The position numbers and the translations under genes are program-made. From assembly GCA_021812985.1 (NCBI GenBank), contig JAKAMG010000013.1, forward strand, positions 586 through 64,585: a stretch of 64,000 nucleotides of DNA, read 5' to 3'. A model generated the notes under the pieces. It searched no databases. It saw only the letters and a program-made list of their open reading frames with translations, and was not told the origin of the DNA. This DNA comes from Bacteroidota bacterium (lineage in GTDB: Bacteria; Bacteroidota; Ignavibacteria; Kryptoniales; JAKASW01). Numbering within the stretch: position 1 is the stretch's first letter; every line of letters starts with the position of its first letter. Positions 28,567 to 39,406 of this stretch are shown here, piece by piece.

Positions 28567-30663
28567 TCAGGCCGTCACGATGTGACCATTCGCTCTGACG
28601 GCAAGGCTTCCCCTCTCCTCGCGTGTGCGCCTGGGCGAAGAAGACGCGCCCGCTTCTATTTTGAATTTGGAGATCAACACCTGCAAGTCAGCGGTGAGCC
28701 TGTTGAGATCGTCCGCCGCCTTGGCAATCTGCTGAGAACCGGCGGCGCTCTGCTGTGAAACGCTGCTTATGGCTTCAATGTTCTTGCTGATTTGCTCCGC
28801 CGCTGATGACTGTTCTTCGCTTGCGGCCGCCACTTGCCCGACGATATCGACAACCTGCTGGGAGCCCGATATGATTTCCTGAAGGGCCGTGCTCGCCTGG
28901 TCTGCCATCTTCTTCCCGTTCTCGACTTCAGAAGTTCCCTCGTCGATGGAAGCGACAACATCGCCTGTCTCTTCCTGTATCTTCTTTATCATTCCGGCGA
29001 TTTCCTTTGTCGCCTTCGTCGTTCTTTCGGCCAGTTTCCGCACTTCGTCCGCGACGACGGCGAATCCTCGCCCCTGCTCCCCCGCCCTCGCCGCCTCAAT
29101 AGCCGCATTCAGGGCAAGCAGATTCGTCTGGTCGGCTATGTCGTCGATTACCTGAATTATCTCGCCGATCTGGTCGCTGCTTCTGCCGAGGGTCTTTATT
29201 TTCTCGGACGATTTTTTGACGACTTCCGCAACCTTGTCCATCCCGGCTATCGTGGCTTTCACGATGTTCCCTCCCCCTTCGGCGGTCGTACCAGCGTCTC
29301 TCGCCGCCTGGGCTGCCATGCCTGCGTTCTTCGTCGTTTCTATTATGGTCTTCGTCATCTCCTCAACGGCGGTAGCAACTTCGCTCGCCTGTGAGCTTTG
29401 TTCCTGAGCTCCCGCAGCCATCTCTTCCGTGCTGGACGAGATTTGACCGCTCGCGCTGGCTGTTCCCTCCACCGCCTGCGTTACCTCCTCGAGAAGTTCA
29501 CTGAGCGAATCGCCCAGCTGGTTGATGCTGTTCTTTATGAGCTGGTGGTCTCCCTTGTATTCACCTTTCACTCTCACAGTAAGATCACCCTTCGCCATGA
29601 CCTCGAGCACGTCAGCTCCCTCCTTGACAGGGAGAATGACAGCGTCGAGCATTTCGTTCACTCCTCTCACGATCTCCTCATACGCCCCGCGGAACCTTGA
29701 GACATCGCCACGGTTGCTCAGGAGCCCGTTCTGCGAGTCTTTTATGAGCCGCCCGGTCTCGGCGATCAGATCGTTAATCCTATGCCTGACTTTTTCATAT
29801 TCATCGATGCCGGCCTGGCTCTTCATAATCATCTTGTCAACGCTACCAGCCATTTTGCCAAATTCGTCCTTCTGGCGAAGGTTAAGAGGCTGGGTCGCCT
29901 TCTCCACTTTTGCGCCCAGGTCTCCATTCGCCATCGCGAGGAGGCCGTTGCCGAGATTGGTGATGCAGACAGACTGAAGCTGTTCCACCCGCTCTGCGAC
30001 GACACTTATACTCTTCGACATATATCCTGACATGAAGAAACCAAGAATTATCGCGGCAATCAGAGCGCCGATGCCGGCGACTATCGAGACACTCCGGGAG
30101 CGCTGAAGAACTGCGGAGTTCGCGTAGTACGCATCTCTTGTTTCAGACATGGTGAGGTCCATCGTCTTCTGAACTGCACTGCTGAGATACTTGCTGCTGT
30201 TGCTAACTTCACCGTTGAAGAAGCTCAGCGCGGCCGCCGTCTGGCCCGACTTCGCCAAGGCGACAAACTGCTCCGCGTCAGCAAAAAAGTCGCTCTCACC
30301 CTTAAGGAGCTGTGCGTAACAGTCCTTGTCTCCCTGGCTGTATATCGTAGGCTCGTACGCTTTCGTGAACTCGACGATTGACTTCTTTTCATCCGAGAGT
30401 TGCTGAGACAGTTCATCCACATTGCCCTTGTTGTCCGGAAGGGCCATCTCAGCCATGATGCCCCTGGCGATCTCAATATGGATCCCGGCCTGGCCGGCCG
30501 CGGCGAGCGCCTTCGCGTTTGACTTGTAGAGAAAAGTGTCCCCCGTCGAAGCTGTGTTCATATTCTCGACCCCTATTACTCCAACTGCCGTGCTAAATGC
30601 CGCCAGCACCGCGAAAGCAATCAGCAGTTTTGCCCGCACGCTAAGATCGTAAAACCAGTTCAT
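28567..30663 (-). CDS. Methyl-accepting chemotaxis protein
   Basis: Start taken at the internal ATG at 30663 ([14 protein letters not shown].., with GGAGAG RBS) rather than the track start at 30831. Contains an N-terminal four-helix-bundle sensor between two TM segments, HAMP regions, and the conserved signalling hairpin [34 protein letters not shown]. Confidence 0.9.
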   Translation of the reverse strand: MNWFYDLSVRAKLLIAFAVLAAFSTAVGVIGVENMNTASTGDTFLYKSNAKALAAAGQAGIHIEIARGIMAEMALPDNKGNVDELSQQLSDEKKSIVEFTKAYEPTIYSQGDKDCYAQLLKGESDFFADAEQFVALAKSGQTAAALSFFNGEVSNSSKYLSSAVQKTMDLTMSETRDAYYANSAVLQRSRSVSIVAGIGALIAAIILGFFMSGYMSKSISVVAERVEQLQSVCITNLGNGLLAMANGDLGAKVEKATQPLNLRQKDEFGKMAGSVDKMIMKSQAGIDEYEKVRHRINDLIAETGRLIKDSQNGLLSNRGDVSRFRGAYEEIVRGVNEMLDAVILPVKEGADVLEVMAKGDLTVRVKGEYKGDHQLIKNSINQLGDSLSELLEEVTQAVEGTASASGQISSSTEEMAAGAQEQSSQASEVATAVEEMTKTIIETTKNAGMAAQAARDAGTTAEGGGNIVKATIAGMDKVAEVVKKSSEKIKTLGRSSDQIGEIIQVIDDIADQTNLLALNAAIEAARAGEQGRGFAVVADEVRKLAERTTKATKEIAGMIKKIQEETGDVVASIDEGTSEVENGKKMADQASTALQEIISGSQQVVDIVGQVAAASEEQSSAAEQISKNIEAISSVSQQSAAGSQQIAKAADDLNRLTADLQVLISKFKIEAGASSSPRRTREERGSLAVRANGHIVTA

Positions 30664-30972
30664 CTTCGTCTCTCCTTCGAAAGTTAAGCTTGAAACCACT
30701 ACCGCTCGAGACAACGAGTCGGGAGCGTACTTCGAATAATTTTCGTGATGAAGACGGCGGTGTTCCCCTTTGAATGATTCTCCCTGAACCAGAATCCGGG
30801 TGTCACCGATTTCACCACATGAACGGCGCAACCTTTATATATTTTGCTTCGACGGAACGAAAGACGGAGAACATCATAAATAGTGCAGTAGTTGTGTCGA
30901 AAATAATGCGACACCCCGACTGTTGAACCGGAGTCTGAGGAGAACGAGCTGCTGCCGGGAGAAAGGAAGGAA

Positions 30973-31614
30973 CTACCTCGATGGGAAAGAAAGGTTGTTA
31001 TCGAGGACGTACCTGATGAGTTGTGCAGTCGTACTGAGATGCATCTTCGAGAGTAAGCGCGCCCTGTACGTATTAACACTTGACACGCTTAACGAGAGAA
31101 TCCCCGCTATTTGGGTGACGGTGTTTCCCTGACCGATGAGACAGAGTATTTGGAATTCGCGGTCGGAGAGTTTCTCATGAGGAAGGTGGCCGGCGCCTGA
31201 GGCGATTTCACCGGCAAGGAGTTCAGCGAGCGACGTGCTTATGAACCTCCCACCGCTCATCACCCTGCGGATTGCGGCTATCAGATCAGCGGGCCCTGAG
31301 TCCTTCGTCAGGTAGCCTCCCGCGCCATTCCTTAGACACCTGACGGCGTACTGGCTTTCGGGATGCCCGCTCAGCATCAGGACTTTAACCGAAGGGAACT
31401 CCGCCTTCAGACTCTTCAGAACCTCAAGTCCGCTCTTACCCGGGAGGGCTACATCAAGGAGAACCAGATCGGGCTTGAGTTTGCGCGCCTTGCGGAGCGC
31501 TTCGTCGCCGTCACCGGCTTCGCCGACCACTGAAATGTCAGGAGTTTTCGAAAGCTCCGCGACCAGGCCGCTCCGAGTCAGCGGGTGGTCGTCCACAATC
31601 AAAATGCGAAACAT
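30973..31614 (-). CDS. NarL/FixJ-family response regulator (REC + LuxR HTH)
   Basis: 213 aa. REC ILIVDDHPL...DLVLLDVALPGKSG. HTH LSDREFQILCLIGQGNTVTQIAGILSLSVSSVNTYRARLL. Confidence 0.88.
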   Translation of the reverse strand: MFRILIVDDHPLTRSGLVAELSKTPDISVVGEAGDGDEALRKARKLKPDLVLLDVALPGKSGLEVLKSLKAEFPSVKVLMLSGHPESQYAVRCLRNGAGGYLTKDSGPADLIAAIRRVMSGGRFISTSLAELLAGEIASGAGHLPHEKLSDREFQILCLIGQGNTVTQIAGILSLSVSSVNTYRARLLSKMHLSTTAQLIRYVLDNNLSFPSR

Positions 31615-31857
31615 CGAATAAATAAGTCTCTTTTGTTCTTTGGCATCTCTGAATCTCGATTCTCATTCCGCTGCAACGCGGAGAGGAATTATGAAAGAAG
31701 AATCGAGCCGTCTCGGCTAGATTCACCCGCCGGTGATGGACCGGATGTACTGCTGGGTCGTTGAAATACAGGCTGTTCACTTGAACCTGCCTTACGCCCT
31801 ATTTCGGAACTAACAGGGAAATCTTTAACTGCCGAGGCGCCTCTCCGCAGACAAAAC

Positions 31858-32877
31858 TTACTCGAGAAGCTTTTTCAGCATGTCGCCGGCCAGAGCCTTG
31901 ACGGCGTGATCCAAATCGTATTGGGCCCTCTCCTTCGCCCGCTCGACGGTCAACTGGCCCGATCGTCCACTCCGCGAAACCGAAACGATTATATTACCAC
32001 GGCTGTTGTCGATTAGCCTGATCGCGACATTCCACCTGCAGTAGTACCATCCCCCAACGGGCGTGCCGGATGGCTCAAGATGGCTTGAGAGGTGGACAGA
32101 CAGGTCGGCCAGAGTGTCATTTGATACATTCAGCTTGAAGCCATGTTCCGTAAGCGCGTCGGAGACTACCTGCGCCGCGCCGCGCGAGTCCGCTCCGTCA
32201 GCCGAGAGGTCGAACGTAATTTGTGAAGAGCAATAGTTCGAAAGCCGGCTCGATGCCTCGTCAGCGGAGACACCGGTCAGAGGAATGCCCTGACCCGAGC
32301 CCGAGAGTATCGAGTAATCTGAATTCAGGTCACGGCGTCGCGCGGCGGTGCCTGCTATCGAAGCAAGCAACCTTAATTTACCAAGCTTCGTCGCCGCCGT
32401 GTCAGCCTCCCGCGTGAGGTCGACGAGATCGCTGTCGAGTGCAGCTATCTGGCCAGCCAACCTTGACGATGCCTTCTCCTTGTCGAGCACGGCAAGAGCG
32501 TAATACTCCATGGTTTGCGGGTCCTGCCAAACGTCGGCTATTTCCGACCCTTCCAGTGTCTTTGTGGTGCCGACATCGACGCGGCTCCTCGTAACGTCCA
32601 GCGATTCTCCCTCCCCCTTCGTTCCCCGCAAAGTCTCGGTCTTGTTCGTGCTGAACCTTGCGTTCAACTGGATTCTAAAGACCTGTGCGATCTGCGCTCT
32701 CGCCTGGTTCTCCGCCTCATTTCGCGTATCACCGCTTCCAACGCCGGTTATATAATACTGGTCGGGGTAGGTGCCGCTCTTCCCTGCTACCCAATCGGGA
32801 GTCTGAGCCCTTACCATCCCGCTTAAGACAAGAACGAGTGTAAATAGTGTCATGTGTTTCATCTGACAAATCCTCAT
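31858..32877 (-). CDS. LPP20-like secreted protein (third paralogue in the operon)
   Basis: 339 aa. Signal peptide ..MTLFTLVLVLSGMVRAQ. Motif PDWVAGKSGTYPDQYYITGVGSGDTRNEAENQARAQIAQVFRIQL. ATGA overlap with the upstream gene. Confidence 0.5.
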   Translation of the reverse strand: MRICQMKHMTLFTLVLVLSGMVRAQTPDWVAGKSGTYPDQYYITGVGSGDTRNEAENQARAQIAQVFRIQLNARFSTNKTETLRGTKGEGESLDVTRSRVDVGTTKTLEGSEIADVWQDPQTMEYYALAVLDKEKASSRLAGQIAALDSDLVDLTREADTAATKLGKLRLLASIAGTAARRRDLNSDYSILSGSGQGIPLTGVSADEASSRLSNYCSSQITFDLSADGADSRGAAQVVSDALTEHGFKLNVSNDTLADLSVHLSSHLEPSGTPVGGWYYCRWNVAIRLIDNSRGNIIVSVSRSGRSGQLTVERAKERAQYDLDHAVKALAGDMLKKLLE

Positions 32878-34307
32878 TTGAGGTCCGGAATCAATTTCAC
32901 AATAACCTGGCCGGCACTTATATCCACCCTTTCTGCCATTAGCTGGGTGCCGTCACTTGCGTCCACCTCCACGCTGTAAGTTCCGGCAGGGAGAAGGACT
33001 TGCTCAATTTGTATGTCGTGTGGAAGCGTCCTCCATGTCCGAAGGTCGGCCTGCTCCGATGCATCATACGCGGCATCAATGAGCGTGCTGCTCAGAAGAT
33101 TTGACAGGTAGGAGCCGTTCGTTTTCTTCTTAGCCTCTTCCTTCAGTTTCTCGGCGGCAAGGAACTTCAGTAGGGCTCTACCTCCAGCCTTAAGGTAAAT
33201 AAGCGAAAGACGGTCGTCAAGATCTTTCTCCGCAATCCTGTTCACATTCTCACCAACCTGCGTCATTTCTCTTATCTCTCCTCCGCTTCCTGATATCGAG
33301 ACCCGGTAGGAAGTCGTCCCCTTCTGACGCGCTTGGAACTTAGGCACGGCAACGACGAAAGAATGGACGACCCCGCTCGTGTCGGGGATGGAAACTCTAA
33401 GCTTGAATTCCTCCTTAATCGGCCCCTTCCCTGAATACACTATTATAAGGAGATTTCCTTTCGCGCCATCCGAGCGCGAATAGTCTATCCCGAATTCGTC
33501 CTGGTAACGCTCGAGCCGATCTGAGAAACCGAGCTCGCCTGCTGTACGTACGAGACTCGACTTCAGGAAAGAAGGGCACGCGGTACTATAGAGGCTATCG
33601 TACGCTTTGTACCCTTCATAAGCCTGGTGATACGAGATGAACGCGTTGTTGATATCGCCGTCGGCTTCGTAAAGCACTCCCATCACATATCGGATGAACG
33701 CGTCCTGTCTGAACGAGTTTTTGCCGCCGTATTCCCTGGAGTATTCGTTAAGCTTGAGGTCTACCTTCCTCGCCTCGACGAGCGCGTCTTCAGTTTTTCC
33801 CAACTCCGCGTAATTGAGCGCCATGAAGAGATTGACATAGACTTTCTCGAAGTCTTCCCCCTGATATGGTAGCTCGTTGTCGTTTATCACGAAAGAGCCG
33901 GTGATCTTTGAAATGCTCTTGGTGTACAGCTCGTCCATCTCCCGCTCGCCCGCCGCGAAGTGCCGCGTGCTCTCCGCGTAATTACCGGCGTAGTGAAGGA
34001 GGAGCCCCATCTCGAGGTTGTAGAGGACCGAGCTGTTCTTACCAAACTTGGCCTTGTTTTCTCTTACGACGTCAGCCGCTCTGGCGTACTGACCGGCCGT
34101 CAAATCGGCATCCACGTTCCTGTAGAAGCCTGCAGACATGGCACAGCCGGAAATAAAGATGCTCACGGAGAGGATAACTCCTCCGCGGCACAGGCGGCCG
34201 GCCAAAGATGCATTTCCGCGCCTTTGACTCAAAGGGCTCACGCTATGACGGTCCTTATCTGGTTCCGGATATGGGGGATAACGTTTTCGCCGATTCGTTG
34301 CTCTCAA
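32874..34307 (-). CDS. TPR-like lipoprotein of unknown function (COG3014-like guess)
   Basis: Up to 477 aa. Lipobox FISGC. Three TPR-like helical pairs (YNLEMGLLLHYAGNYAEST, VNLFMALNYAELGKTEDAL, GVLYEADGDINNAFISYHQAYEGY). The start is uncertain: TTG at 34307 overlaps the upstream stop, and in-frame GTG/TTG codons closer to the signal peptide are alternatives. Confidence 0.45.
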   Translation of the reverse strand: MRATNRRKRYPPYPEPDKDRHSVSPLSQRRGNASLAGRLCRGGVILSVSIFISGCAMSAGFYRNVDADLTAGQYARAADVVRENKAKFGKNSSVLYNLEMGLLLHYAGNYAESTRHFAAGEREMDELYTKSISKITGSFVINDNELPYQGEDFEKVYVNLFMALNYAELGKTEDALVEARKVDLKLNEYSREYGGKNSFRQDAFIRYVMGVLYEADGDINNAFISYHQAYEGYKAYDSLYSTACPSFLKSSLVRTAGELGFSDRLERYQDEFGIDYSRSDGAKGNLLIIVYSGKGPIKEEFKLRVSIPDTSGVVHSFVVAVPKFQARQKGTTSYRVSISGSGGEIREMTQVGENVNRIAEKDLDDRLSLIYLKAGGRALLKFLAAEKLKEEAKKKTNGSYLSNLLSSTLIDAAYDASEQADLRTWRTLPHDIQIEQVLLPAGTYSVEVDASDGTQLMAERVDISAGQVIVKLIPDLK

Positions 34308-34930
34308 AATCCGACGTCAGCCCTCTTCACTATTTTCTTAATCTTCTTCTCGCCGATCCACGCTTTTTCGTTCGTCGCGATGTTGTCGAGTTCCAGATCG
34401 ATCTGATAATACTTTACGCTCTCGCCCCCCTCCTTGTCGATTATGGACGAGATGTTTCCGATCAACATATAGTCCGCGCCGGTTTCCTGGCCCGGCCCTT
34501 TCTGAGACTCGTCGGAAGCGTTCATCGCCTGGTCTTTTCGTTCTGCCCTGATCTGTTCCCTTTCCTTGGATGAAGCAACGAACTTCACAATCCCGCCGTT
34601 GACAAGGGCCTCCTCCAGATTCTTAACGAACGTTTCCACGTCGATATGCTCATAGCTTCTGTTGACTATCTTCCCGACAATCACGACCGGCTTCCTGTTG
34701 TTTTCCTGTTCGAACCTGTCCACCCATGGCGAAGTCTGGAGATCACCTATCATCTTCTGAGCGACGAGGCGGGAATCAGTGTCGTTCCAATACCCGCTCA
34801 GGTCCGTTTCAGTGTCCGGACTGACCCTGGTCACAGTGACGGCCGGACCGCAGGAGATCACGAGAAATGGAATGAACAAAACCGCGACCGCAAGCGCCAT
34901 TCGCGGGACGCATTTGACATGCTTATTCAT
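34304..34930 (-). CDS. LpoB-like (penicillin-binding-protein activator family) lipoprotein
   Basis: 208 aa. GGTGAGGA RBS. Lipobox LVISC. Core pattern KPVVIVGKIVNRSYEHIDVETF...GADYMLIGNISSI...YYQIDLELDNIATNEKAW is typical of LpoB/YcfM-like proteins as I recall them. Confidence 0.55.
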   Translation of the reverse strand: MNKHVKCVPRMALAVAVLFIPFLVISCGPAVTVTRVSPDTETDLSGYWNDTDSRLVAQKMIGDLQTSPWVDRFEQENNRKPVVIVGKIVNRSYEHIDVETFVKNLEEALVNGGIVKFVASSKEREQIRAERKDQAMNASDESQKGPGQETGADYMLIGNISSIIDKEGGESVKYYQIDLELDNIATNEKAWIGEKKIKKIVKRADVGF

Positions 34931-34991
34931 ATTTTCCTCACCTTCTCAACTGTTGAATCATATCACCTGGGAGTCAGGCAAATCAAGCCTG

Positions 34992-35741
34992 TCAATTTCC
35001 TTTCGGGCTGGCAGGGGCCGGCATTCGCACGAGCACATAGAAAAGCCCACGACGAGTATCTGCCCACCGCCGGACGACCTGCACGTTCCTGAGTGCGACG
35101 GCTATTTCCTCGTTCCTTATCTCCTGGCCCGAAAGGCCGGTCGATTTCTGAAGCGACTCAAGCGAAAGCCTGACGCTCCTCGCGAGATTGAACAGTGCGT
35201 GTTTTTCTGCGGCTTGCCAGGAGCTCGATTCGTAGAAATACTCCGGCGCGGCGCCCTCGGCATATATGAACTCGTCATCCTGCGGCAGGTTCTCGACCCA
35301 GTTCGGCTGGGTCCTGGGACACCTGACAAGCTCGCGCATATACACAGGCAGGTCGCAGCCGCGCTCACCGGCCAGAAAGACCGTCATCCTCCCTGTCGAG
35401 CAGCTGTCAAGCCTGACTCCCTCAGACAGCACCGTATAAAGATACGAAGTGTCTGTCATCATCTTAAAATCGCTCCCCATCCAATAAACTCCGGCCTCGG
35501 TCGCCCAGAAAGCCTCACCGCCCGTTATTCTGGCGAAGTGCTGGATTGACAGACGCTGGCACGCGTCAGCAAACGCGACCGAATCAGACGAGTGGTTGCT
35601 GAAGAAGGGCACGGAGTATCCGACAGCCGACAACCCGCAATGAAGTGATCCAGGTTCAAGGAACCAGCGGGGATAGGTCTGTCCACGCACGGAAGAGACG
35701 AGCACGATCATCAGCAAGATTTGTCTCATTGGCATTCGCAC
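34992..35741 (-). CDS. LPP20-like secreted protein (second paralogue)
   Basis: Start proposed at GTG 35741, with GGAGGGAG 6 nt upstream, giving the signal peptide MRMPMRQILLMIVLVSSVRGQ. The track start is 35795. C-terminal half motif PNWVENLPQDDEFIYAEGAAPEYFYESSSWQAAEKHALFNLARSV. Confidence 0.4.
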   Translation of the reverse strand: MRMPMRQILLMIVLVSSVRGQTYPRWFLEPGSLHCGLSAVGYSVPFFSNHSSDSVAFADACQRLSIQHFARITGGEAFWATEAGVYWMGSDFKMMTDTSYLYTVLSEGVRLDSCSTGRMTVFLAGERGCDLPVYMRELVRCPRTQPNWVENLPQDDEFIYAEGAAPEYFYESSSWQAAEKHALFNLARSVRLSLESLQKSTGLSGQEIRNEEIAVALRNVQVVRRWADTRRGLFYVLVRMPAPASPKGN

Positions 35742-35827
35742 GGCGGTCTCCCTCCATCGTTCTTGCCGCTCAGATATGAACGGGTACGCATGCATTCAGA
35801 AGGCAACATTCTTCTTCCGCGGAGTTA

Positions 35828-37075
35828 TCATCGGTGGATTTCTCCAATTTCAGATTCGAACCTCACCTTCATCCTCGCTCCTGGCGAATCCTGAGAAAAG
35901 TTCCGATCCACAAATTCTTTTATTAGCCTGTAACGTTCCGCGGGGTCGTTCTGCAGCGTGAAGTCGGCCCCAAACATGTCAGGCGACTCCGTCTTGCTGA
36001 GAGCATAGACCTTCTGGTCCATCCTGACGATCCCCCACGGATCATAACCGGCGTTAGCACAGAGTACGGCGGACATTTCATCCGCCTCTTTTTCGTATGC
36101 GAAGAGACGTTTATGTACCACAATATCATAGCTTTCCCTCGCCATCGACTCCAGATCCTCCTCCGTCTTTGAGCTTCCCCCTACGTTCTCGTCGAGTTCC
36201 GAGAACGCGCTGTCCGCTTTTATGTCCACCGCACGATTAGTCATCTCCTGCAAGCCGTGTCTCCTGATGACGTGTCCCATCTCATGCGCAATTATGGCGG
36301 CGAGCATCGACTCATCGCTGCACGCCTTCACGGCACCGAGCGTCAGGAAGATGTAGCCGCCTGGACAGGCGAAGCCGTCGATTGTGCTGTCGTTCAACAC
36401 GAAAACGGTAAAGTCCCAGTTGTAGACTTCTGAACTCTGCGCAAGGGCTGCGGCAATCATGTTCACGTACTTCACGAGCCTCGTATCTCTTACAATTCCT
36501 CTCGCTGCGAGGCGTGCCGCAATGCCGACTCCTATCGCCTGCTCATCCATCGTCGGGTCGTAGTGAGGAGTCTTGAAGTCAAGGTCCCCGAAATCGAGTT
36601 TCCCTTTATTTGAAGACGAAGAGAGCTCGAGCGGTTTCGCGAAAGAGACGAGCTCGTCGGCAGTGAAGTTCTTGCGGGAATAGGACAAGACCTCGTCGAC
36701 ATCGCCGGCGCCCGCGTCGCTGTATTTCTTCGCGAACCCTTTGATGGCGGCCGCGAGTGCCGACTGCGACGCACCGGCAGAGCTCCAACCGCTGCTCAGC
36801 TTTTGGAACATGGATGCCCCCGATCTCTTGTCGGAAAGACAGTTCGCTGCGATCCAGCCTTTCTTATCCGCCTGAACCTCCACTTTGTACCAGTTGCCTG
36901 ATACCCCCAGCTCCTTTATGCCCGCGCCCGACTGCAGGACGACGATGAAAGGGTAAAACGAGCCGGGACCCTCCCTCACATAGGCATTGTTCCGCTTCAC
37001 GTAAAGCGTCTGTGATTCGGAGACCATGGCGGCGACGCACAAGATCAGGACTGTCGTGGCAATTTTCATTTGCAT
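35828..37075 (-). CDS. Secreted SH3b-domain / M48-family zinc metalloprotease
   Basis: 415 aa with a signal peptide. N-terminal SH3b-like region YVREGPGSFYPFIVVLQSGAGIKELGVSGNWYKVEV..KKGWIAANCL. M48 core GFACPGGYIFLTLGAV...LAAIIAHEMGHVIRRH. Confidence 0.75.
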   Translation of the reverse strand: MQMKIATTVLILCVAAMVSESQTLYVKRNNAYVREGPGSFYPFIVVLQSGAGIKELGVSGNWYKVEVQADKKGWIAANCLSDKRSGASMFQKLSSGWSSAGASQSALAAAIKGFAKKYSDAGAGDVDEVLSYSRKNFTADELVSFAKPLELSSSSNKGKLDFGDLDFKTPHYDPTMDEQAIGVGIAARLAARGIVRDTRLVKYVNMIAAALAQSSEVYNWDFTVFVLNDSTIDGFACPGGYIFLTLGAVKACSDESMLAAIIAHEMGHVIRRHGLQEMTNRAVDIKADSAFSELDENVGGSSKTEEDLESMARESYDIVVHKRLFAYEKEADEMSAVLCANAGYDPWGIVRMDQKVYALSKTESPDMFGADFTLQNDPAERYRLIKEFVDRNFSQDSPGARMKVRFESEIGEIHR

Positions 37076-37213
37076 CCCCTTATTCTCTTGTCAGTATTGA
37101 AAGTTCCGGCTGAACGCGAGTTGCATTCGGTCCAAACGACCTGGTGTGCGACCGAATCATCATCACTCCAACCGCTATCGACTCAAACTCTCAGTCTCCG
37201 TTTCCTTCGGACT

Positions 37214-39394
37214 TCATTTCGTCTTCAGCGTGAAGACACCATCCCAGTCGTCCGGCACACCGGCGGAGGCGAGGGACCTGCATCGCGATAAGTAAGTCAG
37301 CGACGGCCCGTCATCATGCCTCAACTTAAGGACTTCCGCGAATATGGCCTCCGACCGCTCCCACTCTCTTCTCCTGTATGCCTGTAAACCCGAGTGAAAT
37401 AGCCTATATGCCTCTTCCTGTGCCGGCTCTAGCGAGCCTTTCTCGCCGAGCAACTCGAATATCCTTACGGGCTTGTCCTTCCCTTTGACCCTGACGAGGT
37501 CCAGCTCCCTGGCCTCGACGGAACCTGAAGCCAGATCGAAGGTAGATTCACTGATCATTATTCGCGTGCCGAACTGTTTGTTGACCCCTTCGAGGCGCGA
37601 TGCAAGATTGACGCTGTCTCCGATTGCCGTGTAATCTGTCCGCCTCTCCGAACCTATGTTCCCTATGACCATCTTTCCGGAGTTAAGTCCGATTCTGGTC
37701 TGAAATACCGGTTTGCCGCCATCTCTCCTTGAATAAAATTCCGTCAAGACCTTCTGCATTTTTATGGCGGTAAGGCAGGCGATGATGGCGTGATCGTCCC
37801 TCTTCAGTGGGGCGCCAAAGACCGCCATTATCGCGTCCCCAATATACTTATCAAGCATGGCTCCGCTGTTGAGGACAATATCCGTTGCGATGTTGAAATA
37901 CTCGTTAAGGCTTTCGACAAGTTCTCTCGGCTGGAGCCTTTCGGACACTGAAGTGAAATCCCGTATGTCCGAGAAAAACACAGTCGCTTCAACCTCCCTC
38001 CCTTTCAGATCCACGGTGTCCGGATCAGCAGAGATTTCCTCAATCACGTCAGAGTTGATGTACCTATTCATTAACTTGCGGAGCTCTCTTCTCCGCTTCC
38101 CTTCGGTCACGTAGCTGATGACGCCGGCCAGCGCGAACGCACCGAGAGCAGATACTTCGGGCCCCACAAGGGGGAGAGAAATTCGAGCGGCAGACATAAC
38201 GATAAGAGTGGCGAGGAAATAAACTCCCGCCAGCACAAGCGCAATCGCCGTCGACAGGGCCGCTCTCTTCGTGCCGAAGAACAAACCTGATACGACTGAT
38301 GACATCCCCAGAATGACGAACGCAACCACCCATGGGGATAGCTCCCTCAGAAAGTCATGGTCCAGAAGGTTGCTCAGGATCGTCGCGTGTATCTCGGCTC
38401 CCGGAAAGGGCTCCAAAGCAGTGAACGGAGTTGAGACGTAGTCCATCAAGCCAAGGGCAGTCCCGCCGACAATCACGTACTTCCCCTTGAAGAGGGAAGG
38501 AGAGATCTCAGGTCGTAACCTCTGCATCATCTGCACGGCGGAAATCATCAGCGCGCTGATGGAGTAGTACCTGAAGACCCCTCCGGGTCCGCCTCTGCCG
38601 TACCAGTTAATGAGGTAGTAGCCGTTTTCATCTACGGGAATCGTTCTGATGAAGTTCATCAGCTTGTTTGAAGAAAAATCATTCCCAACCGCGAAGGTGG
38701 CCAGCGCCGCCTGCGGGAGAAGTTCGTCGCCCTCTTTGTAAAGGAGGGGAATCCTTCTGGCAACGCCGTCGAGATCGACCATATAATTTGCGGCCCCGAG
38801 CCGGCCGGCTCCCGATTGGAATTCGGACCGCGGCGCGATGCATGAGCTGTAGCCAGGGACAGCGATCCTGTTCGGAGCACCGCGCAAAAAGAATCTGTCA
38901 TCTATCCGGGGTGTCGCAGAATCCGAAGATCCGCGCGTCAGGAGAGTTATGAGAACAACGTTCCCCGCTTTTCGTATTGCCCTGCCGAATGAACTGTCAG
39001 ACTCGCTGGCATCAACGTTGAGTCGATCCATGTCTTTCTGGGAGAAGTCCATATCGAACAGCACGGCTTTCGCGCCCCCCGCACGGAAGTAGTCGAGAAG
39101 GACGCCGTAGAATTCTCTGGGCCAAGGCCATGCCACGCCGTTCTTTTCGAAGTAAGTGAGACTCTTCTGGTCAATCGTCGCGATGACAACTGATGTGTCG
39201 GGCCTTCTGCTCCCCTGTGCCAGACGCATTCGCCAGTCCAGGGTCTCCCTTTCCACGGTCTTCCCCAACTGTGAACCGCTCAATAGAATTCCGAGAAGAC
39301 CCGAGACAAGTAGGGTGACCGAGAAATGCAGACCGCTCGATCTTAGGAACAATCTCCGCATTTGGGCAGGACCTTGCGAGGATTCACCCCGCAA
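37214..39394 (-). CDS. CHASE2 sensor domain-containing class III adenylate cyclase
   Basis: 715-726 aa. The track start is TTG at 39394, but ATG at 39361 (MRRLFLRSS..) is more likely. It has an N-terminal TM segment, a roughly 300-aa extracytoplasmic domain, a cluster of TM helices, then the cyclase core ATVFFSDIRDFTS, LDKYIGDAIMAVFGAP, RIGLNSGKMVIGNIG and DYTAIGDSVNLASRLEG. Confidence 0.8.
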   Translation of the reverse strand: MRGESSQGPAQMRRLFLRSSGLHFSVTLLVSGLLGILLSGSQLGKTVERETLDWRMRLAQGSRRPDTSVVIATIDQKSLTYFEKNGVAWPWPREFYGVLLDYFRAGGAKAVLFDMDFSQKDMDRLNVDASESDSSFGRAIRKAGNVVLITLLTRGSSDSATPRIDDRFFLRGAPNRIAVPGYSSCIAPRSEFQSGAGRLGAANYMVDLDGVARRIPLLYKEGDELLPQAALATFAVGNDFSSNKLMNFIRTIPVDENGYYLINWYGRGGPGGVFRYYSISALMISAVQMMQRLRPEISPSLFKGKYVIVGGTALGLMDYVSTPFTALEPFPGAEIHATILSNLLDHDFLRELSPWVVAFVILGMSSVVSGLFFGTKRAALSTAIALVLAGVYFLATLIVMSAARISLPLVGPEVSALGAFALAGVISYVTEGKRRRELRKLMNRYINSDVIEEISADPDTVDLKGREVEATVFFSDIRDFTSVSERLQPRELVESLNEYFNIATDIVLNSGAMLDKYIGDAIMAVFGAPLKRDDHAIIACLTAIKMQKVLTEFYSRRDGGKPVFQTRIGLNSGKMVIGNIGSERRTDYTAIGDSVNLASRLEGVNKQFGTRIMISESTFDLASGSVEARELDLVRVKGKDKPVRIFELLGEKGSLEPAQEEAYRLFHSGLQAYRRREWERSEAIFAEVLKLRHDDGPSLTYLSRCRSLASAGVPDDWDGVFTLKTK

Positions 39395-39406
39395 GGCCTC
39401 TTCGAA

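Noticed and set aside
30664-30831. A 56-codon N-terminal extension of the MCP ORF
   Set aside because: The extension is hydrophilic with no function apparent. The internal ATG at 30663 has a GGAGAG RBS and is followed immediately by the expected TM1.
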